Of a stretch of DNA of 64,000 nucleotides, positions 44,101 to 53,786 are shown one piece after another. Location: the NCBI GenBank assembly GCA_965216755.1, contig CBDCGL010000011.1, positions 992,001 through 1,056,000 on the forward strand, given 5' to 3'. The stretch is from Alphaproteobacteria bacterium. Lineage in GTDB: Bacteria; Pseudomonadota; Alphaproteobacteria; UBA7887. The notes under the pieces are model-generated. The model had not been told where the DNA came from. It saw only the letters and a program-made list of their open reading frames with translations, and made no database searches. Every line of letters begins with the position of its first letter. Positions within the stretch are counted from its first letter, which is position 1. The position numbers and the translations under genes were made by a program.

Positions 44101-44632
44101 CGGGACTGTTGCCCTGGCCACCGCCCCCGCTGCCGTCCTCGGGCGCCCCCGACACGATACCTTGTGCCGAAATGTGGCCGATATCGAGGTCACCCAGATC
44201 TATCGCGCTATCAAAGTCAGACCCACCGCGCTCGATGACTTGCCCTGTATTGCCACTATTCTGGGGCGTACCGGCTTCCGGTTGAATCAATTCATCCACA
44301 ATGGGCACGAACTCGTCGGCCTCGTCCGCGGTCATCACGTCGTCGGTCGCGCCGCCGCTTTGACCGTCACCGAAACCCGCCATGGCGAGTTCGATCCGGA
44401 CCGGGTCCGGATCGGCGATTCCGCCGCCTTCCACGGACACGACGCCGTCAGGCAACATCAGAAGGGCTGTCCCGTCGCCCGCCGGAACCATGGTAACGTC
44501 AGCCGCTGCGTCGGAGTCGGCAACAACCACGATCCGTTGGCCAGGCTCGAGCGTAATCGCGTCAGCGGGCGGGACGTGGTAGCTGCCCACCTCCTGACCA
44601 TTGGCGTTGTCGATAACTCGAACCAGTGACAT
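41162..44632 (-). CDS. RTX calcium-binding, type I-secreted surface protein with a cadherin-like domain
   Basis: Many GGxGxD nonapeptides; LPDGSPLPGWLNFD cadherin-like domain; C-terminal DTITDF..DVLDLS export signal. Confidence 0.9.
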   Translation of the reverse strand: MSLVRVIDNANGQEVGSYHVPPADAITLEPGQRIVVVADSDAAADVTMVPAGDGTALLMLPDGVVSVEGGGIADPDPVRIELAMAGFGDGQSGGATDDVMTADEADEFVPIVDELIQPEAGTPQNSGNTGQVIERGGSDFDSAIDLGDLDIGHISAQGIVSGAPEDGSGGGGQGNSPGSIPTSAAPAFFAASESDAAGTFAGPTNNAPFVDQGLADQSGKEGRSFFFRMPDNAFGDADLTAGDTLSYQANLPDGSPLPGWLNFDSATGTFSGMPRAGDVGPVTVAVRAVDSHGAGATTMFDIDVGPINPGIVVRGTNRADNLVGTANDDTFYGRRGNDDMDGGDGDDTFLVFGGGHGVDTFRGGAGNDAIQGRNGTDYFRVTDDLGNLNSIEVIDGLGGFDMVLGTNGADTLDFSAADAPQLLNIERIDAGAGNDTVVGTANDDVIRGNRGNDDLSGGDGDDTFLIFGGGEGWDTFDGGAGTDTIQGRNGTDYFRVTDDLGNLNSIEVIDGLGGFDTVLGTNGADTLDFSAADAPQLLNIERIDAGAGNDTVVGTANDDIIRGNRGNDDLSGGDGDDTFLIFGGGEGWDTFDGGAGTDTIQGRNGTDYFRVTDDLGNLNSIEVIDGLGGFDTVLGTNGADTLDFSAADAPQLLNIERIDAGRGNDTVVGTANDDVIRGNRGNDDLSGGDGDDTFLIFGGGEGWDTFDGGAGTDTIQGRNGTDYFRVTDDLGNLNSIEVIDGLGGFDTVLGTNGADTLDFSAADAPQLLNIERIDAGAGNDTVVGTANDDVIRGNRGNDDLSGGDGDDTFLIFGGGEGWDTFDGGAGTDTIQGRNGTDYFRVTDDLGNLNSIEVIDGLGGFDTVLGTNGADTLDFSAADAPQLLNIERIDAGAGNDTVVGTANDDVIRGNRGNDDLSGGDGDDTFLIFGGGEGWDTFDGGAGTDTIQGRNGTDYFRVTDDLGNLNSIEVIDGLGGFDTVLGTNGADTLDFSAADAPQLLNIERIDAGAGNDTVVGTANDDVMLGNRGLDFLSGGDGDDILSGGRDADTLRGGQGADQLTGGHGNDRFAIDSADAVDTITDFAIGADVLDLSEIITGYDGNPNNASNFVQFQDDGTGNTNVLVNSDGVGAFTQVAVLQGVSGLVGQEDALAASADLVL
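41560..43650 (-). repeat. About six tandem 345-bp (115-aa) near-identical repeats within the RTX gene
   Basis: GRNGTDYFRVTDDLGNLNSIEVIDGLGGFD occurs six times; shadow ORFs start at 41781, 42126, 42471, 42816 and 43161 (period 345). Confidence 0.95.
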
Positions 44633-44881
44633 GACGTCTCAAGCCCCTTTTGATTGCGCCGAGGCGACCTCGTCACGTCGCGCTTTCGGCCATGCCAGCA
44701 ATCTTGGGTCTGGGGGCGGTTCTGTAATGGTGCGATTGAACTATTGACGGCAGTTTTGGGGCGCGCATGTGCGCCCAATCACATTATATTTGTCTCTATA
44801 TTTGAAATACTTAAATGTACCTAGACACTGTGCAATCTTGTCGACGCCTTTTCATAAAATGTACACTAAATGCGGTATCGA

Positions 44882-45619
44882 CTAAGTTGCCAAATAACCC
44901 CCATCAACGGCCAATGTCGTGCCGGTAATAAAGGATGCGGCGGGCGAACAAAGAAACATCACCGCGGCGCCGACTTCCGCCGGCGTCCCCCACCGTCGCA
45001 TGGGCGTTCGCTCCATGATTTTGGCCATGCGGTCATCGTCCGCTTTGACGCCTTCGGCCAATTTCGTCTCAATCCATCCTGGCGCGACTGCGTTAATTCG
45101 AACGCCATGATGCGCCCATGCCACCGCCAGCGACTTGGTCAGTCCGATCAGCCCCGTCTTGCTAGCCCCATAGGCCGGCGCCACCGGATTGCCCGTAAAG
45201 CTGTAAACCGACCCGATATTGACCATGCAGCCACGCCGCATGGCAATTTTCGACAAGCACACATGCGACATGCGCATGGTGCCAATCAAATTCGCATTGA
45301 CGACATTGGCAAATTGTTCGGGCCTGAACTCCGCCCCGGCTCGCAAGATGGCGCCCGCATTGTTGACCAGAATGTCCAACGCATCGATCTGATCCAGCAC
45401 TTGTTCGATGGACAGATCGTTGGTTACGTCCATCCGATGCGCGTCCAGCGTGCCATACGGCGTGTCAACGACGCAGTCGTCAATTGACTTATTAGTTCGT
45501 GCTGTAACGGTTACTGTGGCACCCGCCTGCATCAATGTGAGGGCTGTCGCATAGCCAATCCCACTGGCACCGCCTGTCACCAGGGCGTGGCGCCCAGTCA
45601 AGTCAATTTCAAAGGCCAT
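44882..45619 (-). CDS. SDR family oxidoreductase
   Basis: TGGASGIG, NNAG, YGASK. Confidence 0.9.
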   Translation of the reverse strand: MAFEIDLTGRHALVTGGASGIGYATALTLMQAGATVTVTARTNKSIDDCVVDTPYGTLDAHRMDVTNDLSIEQVLDQIDALDILVNNAGAILRAGAEFRPEQFANVVNANLIGTMRMSHVCLSKIAMRRGCMVNIGSVYSFTGNPVAPAYGASKTGLIGLTKSLAVAWAHHGVRINAVAPGWIETKLAEGVKADDDRMAKIMERTPMRRWGTPAEVGAAVMFLCSPAASFITGTTLAVDGGYLAT

Positions 45620-45661
45620 GGGAACACACTCGCTATTATCACTTCTTTCGCCGAACCGGAC

Positions 45662-46639
45662 CTAGCCAACCCGATTGAATGGGCTCGGCACCGGCTTTCC
45701 AGTTAGGGCAGCAATCAAATTATCGGCGGCCAACCGCACCATGGCATGACGCGTCTTCACCGTGCCGCTGGCAATGTGGGGAGTCAACACGAGATTATCC
45801 AAATCAGTCAAACCGTCGGTCACCTTGGGTTCAAATTCGTAAACGTCCAGCGCGGCACCGGCAATCTGCTTGTTACGCAAAGCCTCTAACAGCGCAACCT
45901 CGTGCACAACCGGTCCACGCGCCACGTTGATCAAATATCCGTCGTCCCGCATTTGGCGTAGGCGTTCGCCACTAATTAGATGTGTCGTCTCGGCCGTCAA
46001 CGGGGTCAACAGAACGACATATCGCGCGGTCGCCAACAGATCGTCAAGCGACAGCCAATTCGCGCCCAACGCGGCTTCGGTTTCGCCATCAAGCGGGGTT
46101 CGGTTATGGTAGACAATGTTCATGTCGAAACCAGCCGCGCGGCGCGCCACCTCTTGGCCGATGCGACCCATACCAACAATGCCCAGAGTTTCGCCGTGCA
46201 CATCGGCACCCCAAAAAAGTGGGAAAGACGGGCCTTGGAACTTCCCCGCTCGGGTGTAAGCGTCGGATTCAACAATCCGACGCGCCACCGCGAGAACCAA
46301 CCCCAACGCCATATCGGCCACCGAATGCGTAAGCACACCCGGGGTATTTGTCACCAACACGCCATTGCGCGTCGCCGCGTCCACGTCGATGTTGTCAACG
46401 CCAACAGCTACATTCGCAATCACTTTGAGCGTGCCGGCGTTGTTGGCAATCATCGTTCCATCAACATACGGAAGCGGCGTCAGAACCAGGATTCCATCGT
46501 TGCCGGCCATGCGCTCTGCGAAGACTTCTGCCGGCAACGGACCGGTCTTGAAGACGTCCACGTGATCGACCGCAAACAAAGCATTGAGGTCGGTTAATAC
46601 GTCGTCCGGCGCCCAGGTGTGGACAAACACTTTGGTCAT
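45662..46639 (-). CDS. D-2-hydroxyacid dehydrogenase (glyoxylate/hydroxypyruvate reductase-like)
   Basis: VGVDNID, NTPGVL, GMGRIG, NVARG, DVYEFEP, PHIAS. Confidence 0.9.
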   Translation of the reverse strand: MTKVFVHTWAPDDVLTDLNALFAVDHVDVFKTGPLPAEVFAERMAGNDGILVLTPLPYVDGTMIANNAGTLKVIANVAVGVDNIDVDAATRNGVLVTNTPGVLTHSVADMALGLVLAVARRIVESDAYTRAGKFQGPSFPLFWGADVHGETLGIVGMGRIGQEVARRAAGFDMNIVYHNRTPLDGETEAALGANWLSLDDLLATARYVVLLTPLTAETTHLISGERLRQMRDDGYLINVARGPVVHEVALLEALRNKQIAGAALDVYEFEPKVTDGLTDLDNLVLTPHIASGTVKTRHAMVRLAADNLIAALTGKPVPSPFNRVG

Positions 46640-46675
46640 GACATCTTTCCGCAAGAGCAAACTACCTTAGCGTAG

Positions 46676-47527
46676 CTATTGTCTATTCCACGCGACGACC
46701 TTTTGCTCTTGCTCGCCTAACCCTGCGATCCCCAGAGTCATGACGTCGCCATGTTTCAGGAACCGCTGTGGCTTCATGCCCATACCGACGCCTGGTGGCG
46801 TGCCGGTGGAAACCACATCGCCCGGATGCAAGGTCATGAACTGGCTGAGATAGTAGATCAAATGCGCGACGCCGAAGATCATTTTTGACGTGTTTCCGGA
46901 TTGCATCCGCTCGCCATTAACGTCTAGCCACATATCGAGCTTTTGCGGATTGTCGACCTCGTCAGCCGTCACCAACCATGGACCAACCGGGCCAAACGTG
47001 TCGCAGCTCTTGCCTTTGGTCCACGTGCCGCCCCGCTCGATTTGAAACTCGCGCTCCGACACATCATTGCAAATCGTATAGCCAGCCACATAATTGAGAG
47101 CATCGCGCTTATTGATATATTGTGCTGTTTCGCCAATTACGACGCCAAGCTCAACTTCCCAATCCGACTTCTTCGATTTCTTCGGGATCACAACAGGATC
47201 GCTGGGACCATTCAGCGCACTCATGGCCTTCAGAAATAGGATGGGTTCTTTCGGAATCGGCTGACCGGCTTCGGCCGCGTGGTCAGAATAGTTCAAACCA
47301 ATACAGATGAGCTTGCCAATGCCATTTACCGGGACTCCCAGGCGCGGCCGGCCGCGAACCTGAGGCAGTCGATTGACGCCGATCTTTTCCAACTTGGCCA
47401 AACCCTTGGCCGAAAGCAACTCCGGCGTAATATCAGCGACCTTTCCGCTCAAGTCTCGTATCTTGCCGTTCTCGTCGATGACGCCCGGCTTCTCCTTGCC
47501 AACCTTGCCATAGCGAACCAGTTTCAT
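46676..47527 (-). CDS. Fumarylacetoacetate hydrolase family protein
   Basis: CIGLNYSDH, DWEVELG, NDVSER, KGKSCDTF, TGTPPGVG. Confidence 0.92.
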   Translation of the reverse strand: MKLVRYGKVGKEKPGVIDENGKIRDLSGKVADITPELLSAKGLAKLEKIGVNRLPQVRGRPRLGVPVNGIGKLICIGLNYSDHAAEAGQPIPKEPILFLKAMSALNGPSDPVVIPKKSKKSDWEVELGVVIGETAQYINKRDALNYVAGYTICNDVSEREFQIERGGTWTKGKSCDTFGPVGPWLVTADEVDNPQKLDMWLDVNGERMQSGNTSKMIFGVAHLIYYLSQFMTLHPGDVVSTGTPPGVGMGMKPQRFLKHGDVMTLGIAGLGEQEQKVVAWNRQ

Positions 47528-47562
47528 TTCTTGTCCCCCTAACAACGTGCCACAATAATTGG

Positions 47563-48288
47563 TTACAGCGTGATGCCACCATCGATCACGATGGTTTGGC
47601 CCGTGACGAATGCGGCATTGTCGTCGGCCAAATACACGCACAGCGCCGCGATTTCTTCAGGCGAACCGAGGCGCCCCATCGGTTGGCGCGCAACGAACGC
47701 CTTGCGTGCGGCAATCGGATCATCGTAAGCATTGATGCGATCCTGCAAAGACGGCGTATCGACTGTCCCCGGACAGATAGCATTGCAGCGAATGCCCGCA
47801 TGCAAATAGTCACTAGCAACCGATTTGGTCAACCCGATTACCGCTGCCTTGGTTGCCGAATAAGCCGCGCGATCCTTTACACCTTTCACCGACGAAGCAA
47901 CAGAGGCCATGTTGATGATGGTGCCGCCGCCCTGGGATCGCATTAGCGGTAAATAGGCCTTGATCATGCGGTACATGCTTTTGACATTGATCTCGAACGA
48001 CCGATCCCAGTCCGATTCCTCGCATGCCAACAACGCGCCATTCGCAACATAGCCCGCACAATTGAAAAGAATATCGACCGCCCCGGTGGTCTCCACCGCC
48101 GCCGCCACCGCCCGATTGTCGGTGACGTCAAGGCCAAACGGGCGTGCGCCAGAGATCGACTGGGCCTTTGCCCGATCGATATCGGTCGCCCAGACAGACG
48201 CTCCGGCGGCCAAGAACGCCTCGGCCGTGGCGCGCCCGATTCCTTGGCCAGCCGCCGTGATCAGCGCCGTCTTGTCCGCGAGTGTCAT
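47563..48288 (-). CDS. SDR of the 2-keto-3-deoxy-sugar-acid 4-dehydrogenase / BDH2 type
   Basis: TAAGQGIG, LFNCAG, YSATK, ICPGTVDTPSL, RQPMGRLG. Confidence 0.85.
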   Translation of the reverse strand: MTLADKTALITAAGQGIGRATAEAFLAAGASVWATDIDRAKAQSISGARPFGLDVTDNRAVAAAVETTGAVDILFNCAGYVANGALLACEESDWDRSFEINVKSMYRMIKAYLPLMRSQGGGTIINMASVASSVKGVKDRAAYSATKAAVIGLTKSVASDYLHAGIRCNAICPGTVDTPSLQDRINAYDDPIAARKAFVARQPMGRLGSPEEIAALCVYLADDNAAFVTGQTIVIDGGITL

Positions 48289-48473
48289 GTTCACGCCCCC
48301 GCCTGTGCCGCCGCTAGCCTGCAGCATCGTCGCCGACAATAACGGCGAGAGTCCACATCTCGCAAGGGGCTTGGCTTCAATTGCGTCGGCAAAGCGCGAC
48401 AATTGCAGTTAAAACGCTTTGCCACTAGTGTGGCCGAAACATGTGAGGGTCGAAGTTTGGACGAGGTAAAGGC

Positions 48474-50012
48474 ATGGTGACGGTGGCGTTACGTGACGAA
48501 CCGACAGTGCGTCTGCATGATGCGGACAATGTGGTGACCGCAAAATCGAACATTGCACCGGGTTCGGTACTCACCGGGGAAAACCTGAAGGCTGTCGACG
48601 AAATCCCGGTTGGGCACAAAATCGCCACCAAAGACATTGCCGAAGGCGAAGCGATCCGCAAATACAATCAGGTTATCGGCTTTGCCTCGACGGCCATTGC
48701 GACCGGAAGTCATGTCCATACGCAAAACGTCGTCATGCGCGACTTCGAACGCGACTACGCTTTTGGCGCCGACGCCATGCCAATCCGAATGCTGCCCGAG
48801 TCTGAACGCGCGACGTTCCAAGGTTATGTGCGTGACGACGGCCGGGTGGGTACGCGCAACTACATTGCGGTCCTATCATCGGTGAATTGCTCCGCCACCG
48901 TGTGTCGATATATCGCCGACGCGTTCAAGGGCGACGCCTTGGCGGACTATCCGAATGTGGATGGCGTTGTTGCGCTCACGCACGGCACCGGTTGCGGGAT
49001 GGCTGGCTACGGCGAAGGTTGGGATTTGTTGCAAGCCACCTTCGACGGCTACAAGAGACATCCGAATTTTTGCGGATCGCTCATGGTTGGACTTGGTTGT
49101 GAGGTCAATCAAGTTGCGGCAATGATCGAGAAACATGGCTGGGCAGTTGGCAAGGATTTCTTCCCGCTCACCATACAAGACACGGGTGGCACCGCGAAGA
49201 CCGTGCGAGAAGGCATCGCGCGGGTCAAGGCTATGCTGCCGGAAGCCAATCGCGCGACGCGCACCACAGTTCCCGCGAGTGAACTGATTTTGGGCCTGGA
49301 ATGCGGCGGCTCGGATGCCTATTCGGGCATGACGGCCAATCCGTCCCTGGGCGCCGCCGCCGACCTGTTGGTCCGCCATGGCGGGACGGCGGTTCTCGCC
49401 GAAACGCCTGAGGTCTATGGCGCCGAACACCTGCTGACCCGTCGCGCCGTCAGTCGCGAGGTTGGTGAGAAACTGATCCGCCATATCAAATGGTGGGAGG
49501 ATTACACCGCTCGCAACGGTGGCGAAATGAACAACAATCCTTCGCCGGGCAACAAAGCCGGTGGCCTGACCACGATTTTGGAGAAATCTTTGGGCGCCGT
49601 GGCTAAAGGTGGAACCACCAACCTGGTCGATGTGTTTCAATATGCTGAGCGGATCCGAACCAAGGGCTTCGCCTTCATGAATACGCCCGGCTACGATGTT
49701 ACGTCGGTCACTGGCATGGTCGCCGGCGGCGCCAACGTGGTGTGCTTCACGACCGGGCGCGGATCGGTTTTTGGGTGCAAGCCGGTCCCGAGTATCAAGC
49801 TTGCAACGAATTCGGCTATGTACGGCCGGTTGGAAGACGACATGGATGTCAATTGCGGCAAAGTCATGGATGGCGTGCTGAACGTCCAGGAAATGGGCGC
49901 CGAGATATTCGACACGATCTTGCGCGTTGCCTCGGGCGAACCCAGTAAGAGCGAGGCGCAGGGCTTTGGCGACGCCGAATTCGTGCCGTGGCAAATCGGC
50001 GCCATCATGTAG
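48474..50012 (+). CDS. UxaA/GarD family sugar-acid dehydratase
   Basis: SAF N-terminus (GHKIA), GTRNY, HGTGCG, ECGGSD, NNPSPGNKAGG, FTTGRG. Confidence 0.9.
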   Translation: MVTVALRDEPTVRLHDADNVVTAKSNIAPGSVLTGENLKAVDEIPVGHKIATKDIAEGEAIRKYNQVIGFASTAIATGSHVHTQNVVMRDFERDYAFGADAMPIRMLPESERATFQGYVRDDGRVGTRNYIAVLSSVNCSATVCRYIADAFKGDALADYPNVDGVVALTHGTGCGMAGYGEGWDLLQATFDGYKRHPNFCGSLMVGLGCEVNQVAAMIEKHGWAVGKDFFPLTIQDTGGTAKTVREGIARVKAMLPEANRATRTTVPASELILGLECGGSDAYSGMTANPSLGAAADLLVRHGGTAVLAETPEVYGAEHLLTRRAVSREVGEKLIRHIKWWEDYTARNGGEMNNNPSPGNKAGGLTTILEKSLGAVAKGGTTNLVDVFQYAERIRTKGFAFMNTPGYDVTSVTGMVAGGANVVCFTTGRGSVFGCKPVPSIKLATNSAMYGRLEDDMDVNCGKVMDGVLNVQEMGAEIFDTILRVASGEPSKSEAQGFGDAEFVPWQIGAIM

Positions 50013-50034
50013 CAACACGTAGGGCCGCACGAAC

Positions 50035-51225
50035 ATGAACGCGCCACCTTCGGCGATGGCTTCGACCGCTGCTTCGCTGCCTGTCCGCGAAAGAATTATC
50101 AGTCTAGAGGATTCGGCGATCCGCGAAATCGCGCATGCCGGCATGGGCGACCCGGCGGTCATGCCGCTTTGGTTCGGCGAACCCGACATATCGACGCCGG
50201 ACTTCATCAACCAAGCCGCGTTTCAGGCCATGCGTGACGGCCATACGTTCTATACGCCAAACAGCGGCGTGCCCGCTCTACGTGAAGCCATTGCCGGGTA
50301 CACCGGCCGGCTCTATAACCTCCGCGTCAACGTCGAACGGATCACGGTTACGGCGGCCGGCATGAATGGCATGATGCTGTTGGCCCAAGGGCTCATTGAT
50401 CCCGGCGATAATATGGTTGTGCTGTGCCCCGTGTGGCCAAATTTTATTCGCTGCGTCGAAATCATGGACGGCATGCCGAAATTGGTGCCGCTACAACCGC
50501 GCGATATGGGCTGGCAATTAGATCTTGATGCGCTGTTTGATGCCTGCGACGCGCGGACGCGCGCGATCTACGTCACCTCGCCCAACAACCCCACGGGCTG
50601 GATGATGCGGCAAGACGAACAGCGGGCGGTTCTCGATTTTTGTCGAAGCCGGGGCATTTGGGTGATTGCCGACGAGGTCTATGCGCGGATCGTTTATGAT
50701 CGGCCCTACGCGCCATCGTTTCTGGAAATCGCCGACCCGGACGACTTGCTGATTGTGGTGAATAGTTTCTCCAAATCATGGGCGATGACCGGCTGGCGCC
50801 TGGGTTGGCTAACCGCGCCACGATCGATGGAATTGACCCTTGCCAAGCTCAATGAATATAACGTCGCATCGCCGGGAACACCGACTCAATATGCCGGCAT
50901 AACGGCCATTAAGGACGGCGAACCGTTTATCACATCGATGGTTGACCGCTATCATCTTGCCCGCGACATGGTAACCCAAAGATTGAATGCCCTGGAGCGT
51001 GTACGCATGCCGCGCCCGGAAGCGGCATTCTATGCCTTTTTCGCTGTCGACGGCGTAACAGATAGCATGGCATTTGCCAAACAAGTGCTCGCCGAACGCA
51101 AGATCGGCCTGGCCCCGGGCATCGCCTTTGGCGCCGGTGGCGAAACCTATCTGCGGATCTGTTACGCGAAGTCGGCCGAATTTCTTTCACAAGCCTTGGA
51201 CCGCTTGGCGCCCGCCCTCGCATAG
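50035..51225 (+). CDS. PLP-dependent class I/II aminotransferase
   Basis: SPNNPTG, ADEVY, SFSKSWAMTGWRLG. Confidence 0.92.
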   Translation: MNAPPSAMASTAASLPVRERIISLEDSAIREIAHAGMGDPAVMPLWFGEPDISTPDFINQAAFQAMRDGHTFYTPNSGVPALREAIAGYTGRLYNLRVNVERITVTAAGMNGMMLLAQGLIDPGDNMVVLCPVWPNFIRCVEIMDGMPKLVPLQPRDMGWQLDLDALFDACDARTRAIYVTSPNNPTGWMMRQDEQRAVLDFCRSRGIWVIADEVYARIVYDRPYAPSFLEIADPDDLLIVVNSFSKSWAMTGWRLGWLTAPRSMELTLAKLNEYNVASPGTPTQYAGITAIKDGEPFITSMVDRYHLARDMVTQRLNALERVRMPRPEAAFYAFFAVDGVTDSMAFAKQVLAERKIGLAPGIAFGAGGETYLRICYAKSAEFLSQALDRLAPALA

Positions 51226-51241
51226 CAAGACACGCGATAGA

Positions 51242-52207
51242 ATGACGCGCGGTGATGACAATATCGTTCCCGCCACCGACGATGGGATTGCCCGTGCGGC
51301 CAGGATATTGCGCAATGGCGGCTTGGTCGCGTTTTCAACCGAAACTGTCTACGGCCTTGGCGCGGATGCAACGAACGACAGCGCCGTGGCGCGGATCTTC
51401 GAAGCCAAAGCGCGGCCCCGGTTCAACCCGCTTATCGTCCATGTGGCAAACCGTGACGCGGCCACCGCGCTGGCAGTTTTCAACGAACCGGCCGAGGATT
51501 TGGCGGCGCGGTTTTGGCCGGGTGCGTTGACCATTGTCTTGCCGAAACGCCCGGCTTGTCCCCTGTCAAGACTCGTTTCGGCTGGGCTCAATAGCGTCGC
51601 CGTCCGGTGTCCGCGCCATGCCACAGCCGCCGCATTGCTGCGCGCGACCGGCCGCCCGATCGCCGCACCGAGCGCAAATCGTTCGGGGAAGTTGAGCCCG
51701 ACGACAGCCGCCCATGTTGCGGAAGACCTTGGCACGTCGGTTGACCTTATCCTGGATGGTGGTGCATGCCCGGTCGGGGTCGAGTCGACCGTCATCGATT
51801 TGTCAAACGGTTCGCCGCGCCTGCTGCGTCCAGGGGGTGTAACTGTCGAAGAGATTACCGCGTGCATCGGTTCGCTCGGCAAGCCAACCAAGGGCCCGGT
51901 CAAATCACCAGGTATGCTCAGCCAGCATTATGCTCCCGATATACCGCTACGGCTCAATGCGCATCAGGTGGCGGCAGATGAAGCGCTCCTTGCCTTTGGA
52001 TCCGATATACCGGACGGCGCGGCCGCGACCCGGAATCTAAGCCCCACCGGTGATCTGGTCGAAGCGGCGGCAAATCTTTTTGCCGCTCTACACGACCTTA
52101 ACCGGCGCGATTACGGGGGCATCGCGGTGACGCCGATTCCCAATCGTGGCTTGGGCCGCGCCATCAACGACCGCCTTCGGCGCGCGCAAAGGGGTTCGAA
52201 GTCGTGA
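51242..52207 (+). CDS. Threonylcarbamoyl-AMP synthase (Sua5/TsaC2)
   Basis: TETVYGLGADA, KARPRFNPLIVH, APSANRSG and a C-terminal SUA5 domain. Confidence 0.93.
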   Translation: MTRGDDNIVPATDDGIARAARILRNGGLVAFSTETVYGLGADATNDSAVARIFEAKARPRFNPLIVHVANRDAATALAVFNEPAEDLAARFWPGALTIVLPKRPACPLSRLVSAGLNSVAVRCPRHATAAALLRATGRPIAAPSANRSGKLSPTTAAHVAEDLGTSVDLILDGGACPVGVESTVIDLSNGSPRLLRPGGVTVEEITACIGSLGKPTKGPVKSPGMLSQHYAPDIPLRLNAHQVAADEALLAFGSDIPDGAAATRNLSPTGDLVEAAANLFAALHDLNRRDYGGIAVTPIPNRGLGRAINDRLRRAQRGSKS

Positions 52208-52329
52208 CCGCGCATTGTGGGCCGGGAGGATCGCCGCAACCCTGTCCCCCATCGGTCATACCCCCCCTTGCGGCAACGGCGTCGAACCGGTAAATCGGAA
52301 TATATGAATCGCGCAGTATGGAATAGCCC

Positions 52330-53766
52330 ATGGTAAGTCCCGTCGAGTCGGCACCGGCGATCGAAGACACAATCGCGCGCATTCGGGCCGCGGTCGGCGA
52401 CAAGGCTTGCCTGACCGAGCCAGACGATTTGGCACCATTTCTAATTGATCAGCGCAACCGCTATGTCGGCCGAACGCCGCTTCTAGTCCGTCCAGCAAAC
52501 ACAGACGAAGTGGCCACTGTCGTCCGCATATGCGCCGAAGACCGGGTGTCGATCGTGCCGCAAGCCGGCAACACCAGTATGGTCGGCGGATCCGTGCCCC
52601 ATCCGACCGGTGATGAAATCATCCTGAACCTGTCGCGAATGACCAGGATCCGCGCCATCGACCCACTCAATTACACCATGACTGTCGAGGCTGGCTGTAT
52701 TTTGGCCGACGTCCAGCAAGCAGCAGGCGACGCGGATCGGTTGTTCCCGTTGAGTTTGGCGGCCGAAGGCAGTTGCCGTATCGGTGGCAATCTGGCATCG
52801 AATGCCGGCGGTATCAACGTGCTGAAATACGGCATGGCCCGTGACCTGGTTCTGGGCGTCGAAGCCGTAATGCCTGACGGCCAGATATGGGACGGACTAC
52901 GGGGATTGCGGAAGGACAATACCGGATATGACCTGAAGCAGTTGTTCGTCGGAAGCGAAGGCACGCTGGGTATCATTACGGCAGCGGTCTTGAAGCTGTT
53001 TCCGAAACCGCACGATGTACAAACCGCCATGGTGGCCGTGCGCAATCTCGATGACGTGTTGACGCTTTTGGTACGCGCACGCGAGGCGTCCGGCGACCGC
53101 GTCACGGCATTCGAATGGATTGAACGGATTGGGCTCGACTTCGTCTTCAAACACGTCCCAGGAACGAAGGATCCACTACCGGACATTTATCAGCATTATG
53201 CGCTGATCGAACTCAGTTCGCCTGAAACGGATTCGGATCTTGCCTCGATCATGGAGAACTTTCTTGGTCAGGCGATCGACGACGGTCTGGTGCTGGATGG
53301 TGTCATCGCCGCCAGCACGAGTCAGGCGCAAGACCTATGGAAACTGCGCGAAAGTGTCAGCGAAGCGCAAAAACCCGAAGGCGGTAGCATCAAGCACGAT
53401 ATTTCCGTGCCGGTCAGCCAGGTGCCGACTTTCGTCCGTCGCGGCTGTGCGCTGATTGAAAAAGAGCTGCCGGGCGCGCGTCCTGTGCCGTTCGGACACA
53501 TCGGCGACGGCAATGTACATTTCAACATCAGCCAACCTATCGGCGCGGACAAGGATGCGTTTCTCGCCGAGTGGGATCGAATCAACCACTTGGTTCACGA
53601 CCTCACTCACGAACTTGGCGGCAGTTTCAGCGCCGAGCATGGCGTCGGTCGCATGAAGCGTGATGACCTTGAACGCTACAAGCCGCTGCTTGAAGTTGAA
53701 CTCATGCGGCGCATCAAGGCAGCATTCGACCCCCACAATATTATGAATCCAGGCAAAGTCGTCTGA
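52330..53766 (+). CDS. FAD-binding oxidoreductase (D-2-hydroxyglutarate dehydrogenase-like)
   Basis: IGGNLASNAGG, KDNTGYDL, GSEGTLG, GHIGDGNVH, SAEHGVG. Confidence 0.9.
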   Translation: MVSPVESAPAIEDTIARIRAAVGDKACLTEPDDLAPFLIDQRNRYVGRTPLLVRPANTDEVATVVRICAEDRVSIVPQAGNTSMVGGSVPHPTGDEIILNLSRMTRIRAIDPLNYTMTVEAGCILADVQQAAGDADRLFPLSLAAEGSCRIGGNLASNAGGINVLKYGMARDLVLGVEAVMPDGQIWDGLRGLRKDNTGYDLKQLFVGSEGTLGIITAAVLKLFPKPHDVQTAMVAVRNLDDVLTLLVRAREASGDRVTAFEWIERIGLDFVFKHVPGTKDPLPDIYQHYALIELSSPETDSDLASIMENFLGQAIDDGLVLDGVIAASTSQAQDLWKLRESVSEAQKPEGGSIKHDISVPVSQVPTFVRRGCALIEKELPGARPVPFGHIGDGNVHFNISQPIGADKDAFLAEWDRINHLVHDLTHELGGSFSAEHGVGRMKRDDLERYKPLLEVELMRRIKAAFDPHNIMNPGKVV

Positions 53767-53786
53767 CGGCATGGGAGATAAATAGG

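Noticed and set aside
48876-50210. 444-aa minus-strand ORF and similar long antisense ORFs (for example 31200-32270 and 27276-28316)
   Set aside because: Antisense shadows of well-supported genes in GC-rich DNA
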